Shown piece after piece: positions 8,996 through 16,713 of a stretch of DNA of 37,800 bases; within the stretch, counting starts at the first letter, position 1, and every line of letters starts with the position of its first letter. Location of the stretch: NCBI GenBank assembly GCA_964398015.1, contig CAYNLL010000003.1, positions 1 to 37,800 of the forward strand, in the 5' to 3' direction. A program made the position numbers and the translations under genes. The DNA is from an uncultured Opitutaceae bacterium. Lineage in GTDB: Bacteria; Verrucomicrobiota; Verrucomicrobiia; Opitutales; Opitutaceae. The notes under the pieces were generated by a model. It was not told where the DNA came from. It searched no databases and saw only the letters and a list, made by a program, of their open reading frames with translations.

Positions 8996-9999
8996 GAACC
9001 ATTCAGACCTCAGCGGCAGAGACAGTCTGCATCGCCGGGGTCGGCTTCGCCGTGCCGAGGAACGTTCGCGCAAACAGCGAGATCCTGAAGGCGTTCCCGA
9101 ACCGCACCGAGGATGAGATCGTCCGGCTGACCGGGATCAGGGAGCGCCGCTACGCGGACGACGACGAGAGCGCAACGTCGCTCGCCGCCGTCGCGGTGGA
9201 GCACGCGCTCGTACAGGCACGGATGCCGGTCAAGGACATCGACACGATCATCATGGCCACCATCATCCCGGACCAGCCGGTGCCCTCGGCGGCCAGCGCG
9301 CTCGCCGCGTTGCTCGGGATACCCAAGGCCACGGCCTTCGACCTGAACGCGGCGTGCTCGGGCTGGCTGTACGCGCTGGAGGTCGGGCGCTCGCTCATCC
9401 GCGGGGGCTCGGCGCGCAACGTGGTCGTCGTGACGGCCGAGCTGCTGTCGCGGATCACCAATCCCCAGGACCACGAGACGGCGTTCCTCTTCGGCGACGG
9501 CGCGGGGGCGGCGATCCTCACCGGCACACCCGGGGGGCACCGGCTCCACCGCATGGGGCTCTCGGGCGACGCCGGGCAGTTTGCCGCGATCCAGCGCACG
9601 GGCGGCGGAGCGCGAAAGCCGTGGCCCGATGCGAAGGGAGACCTGCAGAGCTTCTATCTCCAGATGGACGGCGTTGCGGTCTTCAAGCATGCGGTCATCG
9701 GCTTCTCCGAGATGATCGATGAGACGCTCAAGCGCGAGCGCCTGCAGCCCGAGGACATTGCGTGGGTGGTGCCGCACCAGGCCAACGCGCGGATCCTCAA
9801 CGCCGTCAGCAAGCGCGTCGGGATCCCCTACGAGAAATTTGTGGTGACGATCGCGAAGTATGGCAACACGAGCGCGGCCAGCATCTCCATGGCGCTAGGC
9901 TGGGCGGCGGAGGAGGGGATCTTCGCTGACGGCGACAAGATCATCTTCTGCAGCGTGGGCGCCGGACTCACCTTCGCCGGCGGCCTCCTTGTCTGGTGA
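8992..9999 (+). CDS. fabH: 3-oxoacyl-ACP synthase III (FabH-type KAS III)
   Basis: The Cys-His-Asn triad contexts are NAACSGW, VPHQANARI and YGNTSAASI. It is 335 aa long. Its ATG overlaps the stop of the lipoyl/PSBD gene (ATGA at 8992..8995). Confidence 0.9.
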   Translation: MRTIQTSAAETVCIAGVGFAVPRNVRANSEILKAFPNRTEDEIVRLTGIRERRYADDDESATSLAAVAVEHALVQARMPVKDIDTIIMATIIPDQPVPSAASALAALLGIPKATAFDLNAACSGWLYALEVGRSLIRGGSARNVVVVTAELLSRITNPQDHETAFLFGDGAGAAILTGTPGGHRLHRMGLSGDAGQFAAIQRTGGGARKPWPDAKGDLQSFYLQMDGVAVFKHAVIGFSEMIDETLKRERLQPEDIAWVVPHQANARILNAVSKRVGIPYEKFVVTIAKYGNTSAASISMALGWAAEEGIFADGDKIIFCSVGAGLTFAGGLLVW

Positions 10000-10007
10000 C
10001 GCGCCGC

Positions 10008-10760
10008 TCAGGCGCCGAGCTCGTAGCTCAGGATGCTCAGGGCGTAGACGGCCGCGGTCTCGCACCGGAGGACGAGTGGGCCGAGGGTGATGGGCTCGAA
10101 CCCCGCACCCTTCGATCGGCTCATCTCCGCTGGGGTGAAGTCGCCCTCGGGCCCGACCAGCCACAGCACGTTGCTGGGGGCCCGGCCCTGCGCGGCGCGG
10201 AACTGGGCTAGGACCGCCTTGAGGGATTTCGCCCCCGGCTGCAGGCTTGCCACGAGCTTCAGGTCATAGCCCCTAGCCGACTCCATGAAGGCCGAGGCGG
10301 GCGTCACCTGCCCGATCTCGGGAAGCCACGGATTGCCGCACTGCTTGGCCGCCTCGAGCGCGGCCGTCTGCCATTTTCCGATTTTCCTGTCCGAGCGTTC
10401 GCCCTCGAGGTGGACCTGGGTCCTCTCGCTCTCGAGCGGGATGATGGCCGAAACGCCGATCTCGGTCGCTTTGCGCACGATCGAGTCCATGGCCCCGCCG
10501 AGCGGCAGGGCCTGCCCCAGGGTAATCCGCCACGGCAGCGCCGCCGCCTTCTGTGCGAAGCGTACCTTCAGGCGCGCGCAGCGCCGGTCCGGGTCCGCGA
10601 GCTCGCAGATCCATTCGGAGCCCTTGCCGTCGAATGCGACAACGGTGTCGCCACGGCTGGCGCGGTTCACGGCGACCAGGTGGTGCGACTCGTCCTCGGA
10701 GAGCGCAATCTCGGAGGGGTCCGCGACGGACGGTTGGCAGAACGCTCGGAAGTCGGGCAT
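10008..10760 (-). CDS. rsmE: 16S rRNA (uracil1498-N3)-methyltransferase
   Basis: MPDFRAFCQPS...SEDESHHLVAVNRASRGD...LGQALPLGGAMDSIVRKATEIGV...LVGPEGDFTPAEM...LGPLVLRCETAAV is the RsmE/DUF558 pattern. The start is at ATG 10760. Confidence 0.9.
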   Translation of the reverse strand: MPDFRAFCQPSVADPSEIALSEDESHHLVAVNRASRGDTVVAFDGKGSEWICELADPDRRCARLKVRFAQKAAALPWRITLGQALPLGGAMDSIVRKATEIGVSAIIPLESERTQVHLEGERSDRKIGKWQTAALEAAKQCGNPWLPEIGQVTPASAFMESARGYDLKLVASLQPGAKSLKAVLAQFRAAQGRAPSNVLWLVGPEGDFTPAEMSRSKGAGFEPITLGPLVLRCETAAVYALSILSYELGA

Positions 10761-10865
10761 CCGCAAAGAGGAGATTGGAGAGGGGGAGCCTGTCAACCGC
10801 TTCGGTCCGAGTCCGACTGAGGACTTGCCTCCCGGCGCGGGTTCTAATCGGATTCGCGTTCCGGC

Positions 10866-10950
10866 GCCCGGGTGGCGGAATTGGCAGACGCAGCAGACTC
10901 AAAATCTGCCGACGAAAGTCGTGTGGGTTCGATCCCCACCCTGGGCACCA
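10866..10950 (+). tRNA. tRNA-Leu (anticodon CAA), CCA encoded
   Basis: GCCCGGG acceptor stem pairs with CCTGGGC. Anticodon arm is GCAGA-CTCAAAA-TCTGC. A long variable arm CGACGAAAGTCG is present. T arm is GTGGG-TTCGATC-CCCAC. It ends in ACCA. Confidence 0.93.
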
Positions 10951-11021
10951 TTCAAAGAGAGGGTTCGGGACGGGGCAGTAAGAACTCCGCCAACATCCGG
11001 CGATGAACTAAAAGGTCCGAT

Positions 11022-11648
11022 ATGAATCTAACACAGCAAGCCGCCAGTTCTCCATCTGTCTTCACGAGTCCGGCTGCAAAGCGAAGTCTCTGGTTGGTGA
11101 TGGGATTGATGGCACTGGCTGTCTTCATCGTTTTGGAGCCGCCATACATGAAGAAGGAATACCTTCATTTCCTGAGCGAAGGGGTTTTCCTGGTCCCACA
11201 TCTCGTGTGTGGAGGAGCGGCCCTGGTCATTGGTCCGTTGCAGTTCTCGAGCCGCCTGCGCCAACGCAACCTGAGGCTTCACCGAATATTGGGAAAGATT
11301 TACGTCGTTTCCGTCCTCATTGCGGCGCCCTTAGGGGGGATTATGATCATATACCGTCCCGTGCTCGAAGTATTCGTTACGGAGGTTCTGGTTGCCACAT
11401 GGATCATCACTACCGTGGTCGCCTTCCTTACCGCCCGAAATGGCCATATTGCCCAACACCGCCAATGGATGATTCGTTCCTACGCGGCGACCTTCTTCTT
11501 TGTTACCGACAGGTTCCCCTTCTTGTTTCCCTCCTTTCGGCCGAGTTCGGAGGCCAACGCGGTCTATATCCTGTTTCTCGTGTTTCTCGCGGTCTTCATT
11601 CCGGACATTGCCTTTGCTTGGCGTGAAATGACTACGAAGAGGAAATAG
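11022..11648 (+). CDS. DUF2306-like membrane protein
   Basis: 208 aa with about five TM helices. The conserved-looking motifs LHRILGKIY and HRQWMIRSY are typical of DUF2306 as I recall it. It is the sole cargo of islet A. Confidence 0.75.
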   Translation: MNLTQQAASSPSVFTSPAAKRSLWLVMGLMALAVFIVLEPPYMKKEYLHFLSEGVFLVPHLVCGGAALVIGPLQFSSRLRQRNLRLHRILGKIYVVSVLIAAPLGGIMIIYRPVLEVFVTEVLVATWIITTVVAFLTARNGHIAQHRQWMIRSYAATFFFVTDRFPFLFPSFRPSSEANAVYILFLVFLAVFIPDIAFAWREMTTKRK

Positions 11649-11650
11649 GC

Positions 11651-11690
11651 CGAAAGTCGTGTGGGTTCGATCCCCACCCTGGGCACCATT
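11651..11690 (+). repeat. att-like copy 1 of the tRNA-Leu 3' end (40/40 identical to 10913..10952)
   Basis: CGAAAGTCGTGTGGGTTCGATCCCCACCCTGGGCACCATT occurs in both places. Confidence 0.9.
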
Positions 11691-11785
11691 ATTAGAGTGA
11701 AGCGGTAGAGTGGGAAGGGGAGGAGTGACCCACTCGAAATGTACTGGGGAACTGAACGGGTTTGGTAGATCGTTTGCCCCTAAAA

Positions 11786-12295
11786 TCAGTCCATTTCAAT
11801 CTCGGGACCTTCCTTGGCCCTCTTCCGCATCTCTGCGATCGCCCGAAGTTCCTTTGCAGCGAGAATGTCCTTGTCACGTCCCAAGTACTCCTTGGCCTTT
11901 ACGAGATCGGGAAGTGATATGAGTCTGCATGTTCTTCCCGAAATTTCAAACGTCTCGGAATTCGCCTTGATTGATGCGAAATCTCCCAAGCCTGATATCG
12001 ACGATAGAATGTCGACGATGCCCCAGTCAGTCTGAAGGCAGAGGTTTCTTATGGATTCCCCAGGCTTTGGCACCTTCAGGAACGAGAGACGCTTGGGCGT
12101 CATTCTATGAAGTGGATTGAGATCCTTAAGCGTTTCCCTGAGGCGCTTGACATTCTCCGGAGTCAGGACCGCGCAAATATCGAGATTCCTCGTGACGATA
12201 GCCGAGCCATGAAGAACTCCGGCAAAACCCCCAACTACCACAAAATCCACACGGGAATCAGCTAACCGGTGGAGTAGTTGGCTGAGGCTGTTCAT
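11786..12295 (-). CDS. nucleotidyltransferase-fold protein (DUF2204/MNT-like) with a degenerate DxD motif
   Basis: MNSLSQLLHRLADSRVDFVVVGGFAGVLHGSAIVTRNLDICAV fits the GG...hG...TxDxD minimal NTase signature, except that the first Asp is Asn (TRNLDI). It is 169 aa long, starting at ATG 12295. Confidence 0.6.
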   Translation of the reverse strand: MNSLSQLLHRLADSRVDFVVVGGFAGVLHGSAIVTRNLDICAVLTPENVKRLRETLKDLNPLHRMTPKRLSFLKVPKPGESIRNLCLQTDWGIVDILSSISGLGDFASIKANSETFEISGRTCRLISLPDLVKAKEYLGRDKDILAAKELRAIAEMRKRAKEGPEIEMD

Positions 12296-12461
12296 TCCGC
12301 TCTTGGCGAATCCGGTCGAATTCCAACACAAGTGAAAGCGCTTGGTCGTGCTGTTTCGCCCTCTCTTCGTGGGAAATCATCAAGCTGGCTTCCGCGAGGC
12401 TCAGATCGAAGCCTGCCTTTTCAGCCTCCATTTGTGCGCTGTTGTTCTTGGGCTCCACCAT
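12258..12461 (-). CDS. small helical protein (67 aa) overlapping the NTase gene by 38 nt; possible partner/antitoxin-like
   Basis: Track ORF MVEPKNNSAQMEAEKAGFDLSLAEASLMISHEERAKQHDQALSLVLEFDRIRQERNE... It has an ATG start and is the only other ORF in islet B. No family was recognised. Confidence 0.45.
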   Translation of the reverse strand: MVEPKNNSAQMEAEKAGFDLSLAEASLMISHEERAKQHDQALSLVLEFDRIRQERNEQPQPTTPPVS

Positions 12462-12513
12462 AGGTATTCAATGGGATATGTACACGAGGTCAAACGTCCA
12501 AACGGACCGAGGT

Positions 12514-12570
12514 GACTCAAAATCTACCAACGCTAGTCGTGTGGGTTCGATCCCCACCCAGGGCACCATT
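12514..12570 (+). repeat. att-like copy 2 of the tRNA-Leu 3' half (52/57 identical to 10896..10952, no gaps)
   Basis: GACTCAAAATCTACCAACGCTAGTCGTGTGGGTTCGATCCCCACCCAGGGCACCATT. It starts in the anticodon loop. No acceptor 5' strand or D arm lies upstream, so it is not a full tRNA. Confidence 0.85.
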
Positions 12571-12609
12571 TTGATACTATTTTCCGTGGTGAACAGGTAG
12601 ACGAAAGCC

Positions 12610-13455
12610 TCAGCTTTTCGGCGTTTCGTGATAAGCTTGTTGATGTTGGTAGAGATTGAGCCTTTGGCTCGCGTCTTCCATCTCCTTGTCGGACAGGCCT
12701 CCCTCGAGGCTCTTCTTCTCCCACTTAATGGCATCGGCAAAGTCGCCCGATTCGGCATAGGCCGCGGCCAAAGTGTCAAGGTCGCGCGCCCTCCCCCAAA
12801 TGCTGATTTCACAGGCTTTGGTGGCGTACTCCACGGCTTTTGCGCCATTTCTGACGTTCGGGTCCGGACAGCTCGCGTAAATCAACGCGATACCATGCCA
12901 CGCATCGCTGTCCTTGGGGTTGAATTGGATGATAGCCTGATAATCCGCGATCGCGTGTTCATAGTCGCCTTTAAGTATGTATTCGCGTGCTCGCCAAACG
13001 TAGGACGCTCTCCTGCCGGCCGGGTTCCTGAGAAGTATTTCCGAGAAATCGGCAATCGCCCGATCGTGTTCGCCTATCCGGCGGTAGAGCATTGCGCGCT
13101 GCCAGTACATCCCAACTTTATCTGAGGAATCTGGATTGATGCGAATGGCTTCTGTAATGTCTGCTATCGCTTCGTTCAGGAAACCGCTCATTCGATTGAT
13201 GTCCGCCCTCCCCAAATAGGCCTCGGCGCAATTGGGGTCGAGGCGTATGGCCTCCGAGTAGGCTGCGATCGCCCGATTGCGGTCCTGATAGAAATTCTGA
13301 TTAAAGGTGGCAGCGGCGGCCTTTCCGGCTTCTAAAGCTTTCTTTGCATCGTCTGACTGAGCGCTCAGGGCGAGGGAACCCGCTGCCGCGAAAATCATAA
13401 ATCCGGTGAAGAGGCCGCGCAGGGTCGGTGCGTAATCGTTTGCTATAGCTTTCAT
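12610..13455 (-). CDS. secreted TPR-repeat protein
   Basis: The start is at MKAIANDYAPTLRGLFTGFMIFAAAGSLALSAQS (signal peptide). Repeated AIAxYxxAIxxxP TPR units follow. It is the cargo of islet C. Confidence 0.8.
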   Translation of the reverse strand: MKAIANDYAPTLRGLFTGFMIFAAAGSLALSAQSDDAKKALEAGKAAAATFNQNFYQDRNRAIAAYSEAIRLDPNCAEAYLGRADINRMSGFLNEAIADITEAIRINPDSSDKVGMYWQRAMLYRRIGEHDRAIADFSEILLRNPAGRRASYVWRAREYILKGDYEHAIADYQAIIQFNPKDSDAWHGIALIYASCPDPNVRNGAKAVEYATKACEISIWGRARDLDTLAAAYAESGDFADAIKWEKKSLEGGLSDKEMEDASQRLNLYQHQQAYHETPKS

Positions 13456-13705
13456 TCTTGGGGCGGGTGCTTGGATTCCCAGGTGCAGATCGTTAAAGGT
13501 TTCCTGTCCGCCCCGAGGCTGGCCGTGGCCAGTACGATGAATATTCCACGCAGGAATATGCTCTTCATGATTCTTGATCTGCCAGAAATGATGCACTCAG
13601 CAATTCAAATTTGGACCCGCACCGACTGAGGACGCCAAGACGGCCGCAAGGAGGATCAATCCGCCTGATGGAGAAGGAGCGACAATTGACTGTCGTCCTC
13701 GGTGT

Positions 13706-13739
13706 AAGTCGTGTGCGTTCGATCCCCACCCTGGCACCA
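13706..13739 (+). repeat. att-like copy 3 of the tRNA-Leu 3' end (degenerate: one substitution and a 1-nt deletion)
   Basis: AAGTCGTGTGCGTTCGATCCCCACCCTGGCACCA versus the tRNA AAGTCGTGTGGGTTCGATCCCCACCCTGGGCACCA. Confidence 0.7.
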
Positions 13740-13950
13740 CCGTTTGAGGGAGATGGGCAGGTGGAGATATCGTTGGAACCCATTCTGTGAAGAAGAGTGA
13801 GGGAATTGCTTTCGGAATGTGGCGCCAGGTCGGCGAGCATGTGATAGGCTTGGAATTGATTGTCGAATTTAGCGATGCCTAGTCGCGCGGAATGGCAAAG
13901 CCGCTTATTATCCCTTTCAATTTCTGCTCAGGGAGCTCAAAATCGACTCA

Positions 13951-14865
13951 ATGAACCGCAGACAATTCCTGCAGACAAGCGCCGCCTCCGCCATTTTCTT
14001 CGGCATGGGTGGCAGGAAGATATTTGCCGCCTCCGATGCGGACGCACCCGAGAAATCGGTCCCATGGGTGACACTCAACAACGGGGTGAAGATGCCGCGC
14101 ATTGGATTGGGCACGATGACGCTGATGGGCGATTTGGGAGTGAGGTGTGTGGCTGACGCCATATCCCTCGGCTATCGCCTCATCGATACCGCCATGATCT
14201 ACGACAATGAGGCGCCGGTGGGCGAGGGCATCAAGCAAAGCGGGATCAGGCGCGAAGAACTCTTCATTACCTCAAAGCTTTGGAAGAGCGATATGGGCTA
14301 TGGGAATGCGAAAGGGGGGTTTCAAACGTCGATTGATAAGTTGAAGGTCGATTATCTGGACCTCTACTTGATCCATCGGCCTTCCGGGGGGGATTGGAAA
14401 GGCTCCTGGCGGGCGATGGAGGAGCTTTATCATCAGGGGAAGATCAAGGCGATCGGCATGAGCAATGCCGATTTCGCGCAGATGAACGACTTGATCTCGA
14501 ATTTCGAGGTGAAGCCGGCCGTCCACCAGATTGAAACCCATGCGTTTTTCCAGGAAGGAAGTGCGTACGATTATTTGAAACAGCACGGCGTGCAAATGGA
14601 GGCATGGTCGCCTTTTGCCGAAGGCCGTCACGGGCTTTTTGCAAACGACTCCCTGGCCGCGATCGCCAAGAAGCACAACAAGTCTGTGGCCCAGGTGTGC
14701 CTCAGGTGGCATTTCCAACGGGGAATCGTTGTCATCCCCCGTTCCTCCCAGAAGGCGCATATAGCTGAAAACTTGAACATTTTTGACTTCGGCCTCGATG
14801 ATTCCGATCTGGCGTCGATCTCGACGTTGGACCTGAACTCGACTCAATTCCCCGAGTGGAGCTGA
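13951..14865 (+). CDS. aldo/keto reductase with an N-terminal twin-arginine (Tat) signal
   Basis: MNRRQFLQTSAASAIFFGMGGRKIFAAS is followed by the AKR core LNNGVKMPRIGLGT...IDTAMIYDNE...DLYLIHRP...IPRSS. Confidence 0.9.
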   Translation: MNRRQFLQTSAASAIFFGMGGRKIFAASDADAPEKSVPWVTLNNGVKMPRIGLGTMTLMGDLGVRCVADAISLGYRLIDTAMIYDNEAPVGEGIKQSGIRREELFITSKLWKSDMGYGNAKGGFQTSIDKLKVDYLDLYLIHRPSGGDWKGSWRAMEELYHQGKIKAIGMSNADFAQMNDLISNFEVKPAVHQIETHAFFQEGSAYDYLKQHGVQMEAWSPFAEGRHGLFANDSLAAIAKKHNKSVAQVCLRWHFQRGIVVIPRSSQKAHIAENLNIFDFGLDDSDLASISTLDLNSTQFPEWS

Positions 14866-14868
14866 AAT

Positions 14869-14889
14869 CGTCCCGTGGGGGGCGGGATG
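14869..14889 (+). terminator. weak hairpin just after the AKR stop
   Basis: CGTCCCG-tgggggg-CGGGATG forms a 7-bp stem including one G:U pair. No clean U tract follows. Confidence 0.25.
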
Positions 14890-15193
14890 CGGACTAAAAT
14901 TTATCCTCAATTTCATCCGGAAACGCATAACAAGCTATAAAGGAGGAGCGGTGGTCACCGAATTGCTTCTCCTAAATTCAGCGTTCAGTTTCTCCAAACG
15001 GCGATAACTGCCTGCGCCAGGGTAAGCAAACGGGTTTCAGTTGATGGCTCCACGGGTACATCCGGCGATGGACGCGCAATGGCCAGAAAATTGATATCGC
15101 CCGGCCTTCGGTCGGTTTCGCTCCGATCATCTTAGCTCTGGGGATGATCTATCCCTCGGGGCTATTGGTTCTGCGGTGGTCGCTAATTCAATC

Positions 15194-16129
15194 TTACCAG
15201 GGCAGAGGGTCGGCTCTGAGCTCGTGCTCCCATAGGTCCCGGATTGCTGTCACCGTTTCTGGCGGCATTTCGGCGTCGCTACCCGACATATTTGCCAGCA
15301 CCTGGCCCACCGACTTGGAGCCTGGGATCGCCGTGGATACCTCGGGATGAGCAAGCACAAAGCGGAGTGCCGCGTGGGCCGGGGACAGGCCGGCTGGCAA
15401 GAGCCTGGAGAACTTTTCCACCAGAGCCGCGCGTCGCGCGATGATCTCCTGGGTCCAGCGGCTTCGTACGCCTTGGAAGCGGCTTGCGCTTCCGTATTTC
15501 CCCGACAGCCAACCCGAATCCAGGGGTACCTTGGCAATCAGGCCCACCCCCTTCCTCTTCGCTGCGGCGAATGCCGCCCGCGGTTCCTGATGGAAGGCAT
15601 TGAACAGCACCTCAATCACGCCGCTGCCGGTGGTGGCCAAGACCTGCTCCAGGTCTCTGGCCCAGTCGAGCGACACACCGTAGGTCCTCAGCAACCCTTC
15701 ATGTTTGAGGGACTCCAACTCGGCATAGAGGGACGTCTGGTTCCCATCCAGCAGGTGCGCCGGGGGGTTGTGGACGAGAAGGACGTCGAGATGGTCGGTC
15801 CTGAGGCGTCCCAGGCTGGCCATGATCGAGGGGCGAAGTCCGGCGACGCCAAAATTCGCCTCGCCGGATGCGGTGTGCCCGAATTTGGAACAGATCACGA
15901 CCTGGTCTCGCTCGGACTCCAACGCCCGGCCGAGCAGGGATTCGCTCTGTCCCTCGCCGTAACCGGGAGCCGTGTCGAAAAAATTGCATCCCGCGTCCCG
16001 CGCTGTCCGGATGAGGTTAACGGCTTCCTTTTCGTCATTCGTGCCCCAGATCGGATTGGCCAACTGCCACCCTCCGAAGCCAATCTCGCTGACTCTAATC
16101 TGGATGGCACCGAGCGTGCGATATCTCAC
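15194..16129 (-). CDS. aldo/keto reductase (cytoplasmic type)
   Basis: MRYRTLGAIQIRVSEIGFGGWQL...FFDTAPGYGEGQSE...DVLLVHNP...IPGSKS. It has a GTG start (cac at 16127..16129). Confidence 0.9.
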   Translation of the reverse strand: MRYRTLGAIQIRVSEIGFGGWQLANPIWGTNDEKEAVNLIRTARDAGCNFFDTAPGYGEGQSESLLGRALESERDQVVICSKFGHTASGEANFGVAGLRPSIMASLGRLRTDHLDVLLVHNPPAHLLDGNQTSLYAELESLKHEGLLRTYGVSLDWARDLEQVLATTGSGVIEVLFNAFHQEPRAAFAAAKRKGVGLIAKVPLDSGWLSGKYGSASRFQGVRSRWTQEIIARRAALVEKFSRLLPAGLSPAHAALRFVLAHPEVSTAIPGSKSVGQVLANMSGSDAEMPPETVTAIRDLWEHELRADPLPW

Positions 16130-16377
16130 GCCTTCACCTAGGCAACGGAAAATGGGGAGGCAATGATGAAGGAGATTGTCCGTGCGAAATCCGGTTCGCC
16201 GGAGGTTTTCAGGGTCGCGGAGCCGACAAAGTCTTCCTCAAGGACGAGGAAGTCGTAAACGCGAGCGAACGTCGTGGCGAGACGCCGCGACGCTCCGCGA
16301 ACGGCCACCGCCACGGTTTGTCCGTCGCGAGTTTGGGCGAAACGAGGCAGGGGGGTGCCAGGATGTTCCTGGTCGGC

Positions 16378-16713
16378 CTATGTGCTCGCCCTCGGCAAAA
16401 GGATCCACGCCTCCGCGTCGGGAAACGAAGGGAAGATCCGCACCTCGTGCGGAAAGGTCCTTATCATGTCCGCCCATACCTGGGCCAAAGCCCTGCCAAG
16501 GCCGGAGGAAGCGACGACGGCGGTTTTCTCCCTTGTGGCCTTCTCGGGATATCGGGCGCGGATGGCCTCCGTAAGCGTGGTGAGGTCGCCGTAGCTCAGG
16601 GTGAAACTGTCCGTCTCAAACTGGAAAATGAGGTTTGTGGAAGGGTAGTCCTCCCTCGCCAGCAACTCGAAGACGGCCTTGAAAAGCGTCTGGGTGGTGA
16701 TCACTCCTCCCAT
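16378..16713 (-). CDS. STAS/SpoIIAA-like small protein (111 aa) ending at an in-frame TAG
   Basis: Track ORF. The C-terminal ...KTAVVASSGLGRALAQVWADMIRTFPHEVRIFPSFPDAEAWI resembles DUF3478/STAS-type proteins. The family call is tentative. Confidence 0.5.
   Translation of the reverse strand: MGGVITTQTLFKAVFELLAREDYPSTNLIFQFETDSFTLSYGDLTTLTEAIRARYPEKATREKTAVVASSGLGRALAQVWADMIRTFPHEVRIFPSFPDAEAWILLPRAST

Larger units (their letters stand above)
10951..13739. mobile_element. three tandem integrase-less islets bounded by repeated copies of the tRNA-Leu 3' end
   Basis: Direct repeats of the tRNA 3' segment lie at 11651..11690, 12514..12570 and 13706..13739. GC content is visibly lower than in the flanking core. 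Each interval carries one small cargo unit. Confidence 0.7.

Noticed and set aside
9997-10010. Convergent fabH and rsmE stops only 8 nt apart, with no room for terminators
   Set aside because: The observation is real, but this is a common compact arrangement, and no hairpin or other signal was found.
12481-12570. Possibility that att-like copy 2 is a second complete tRNA-Leu gene
   Set aside because: Upstream of the anticodon loop there is no D arm and no GCCCTGG strand to pair with CCAGGGC, so only the 3' half is present.
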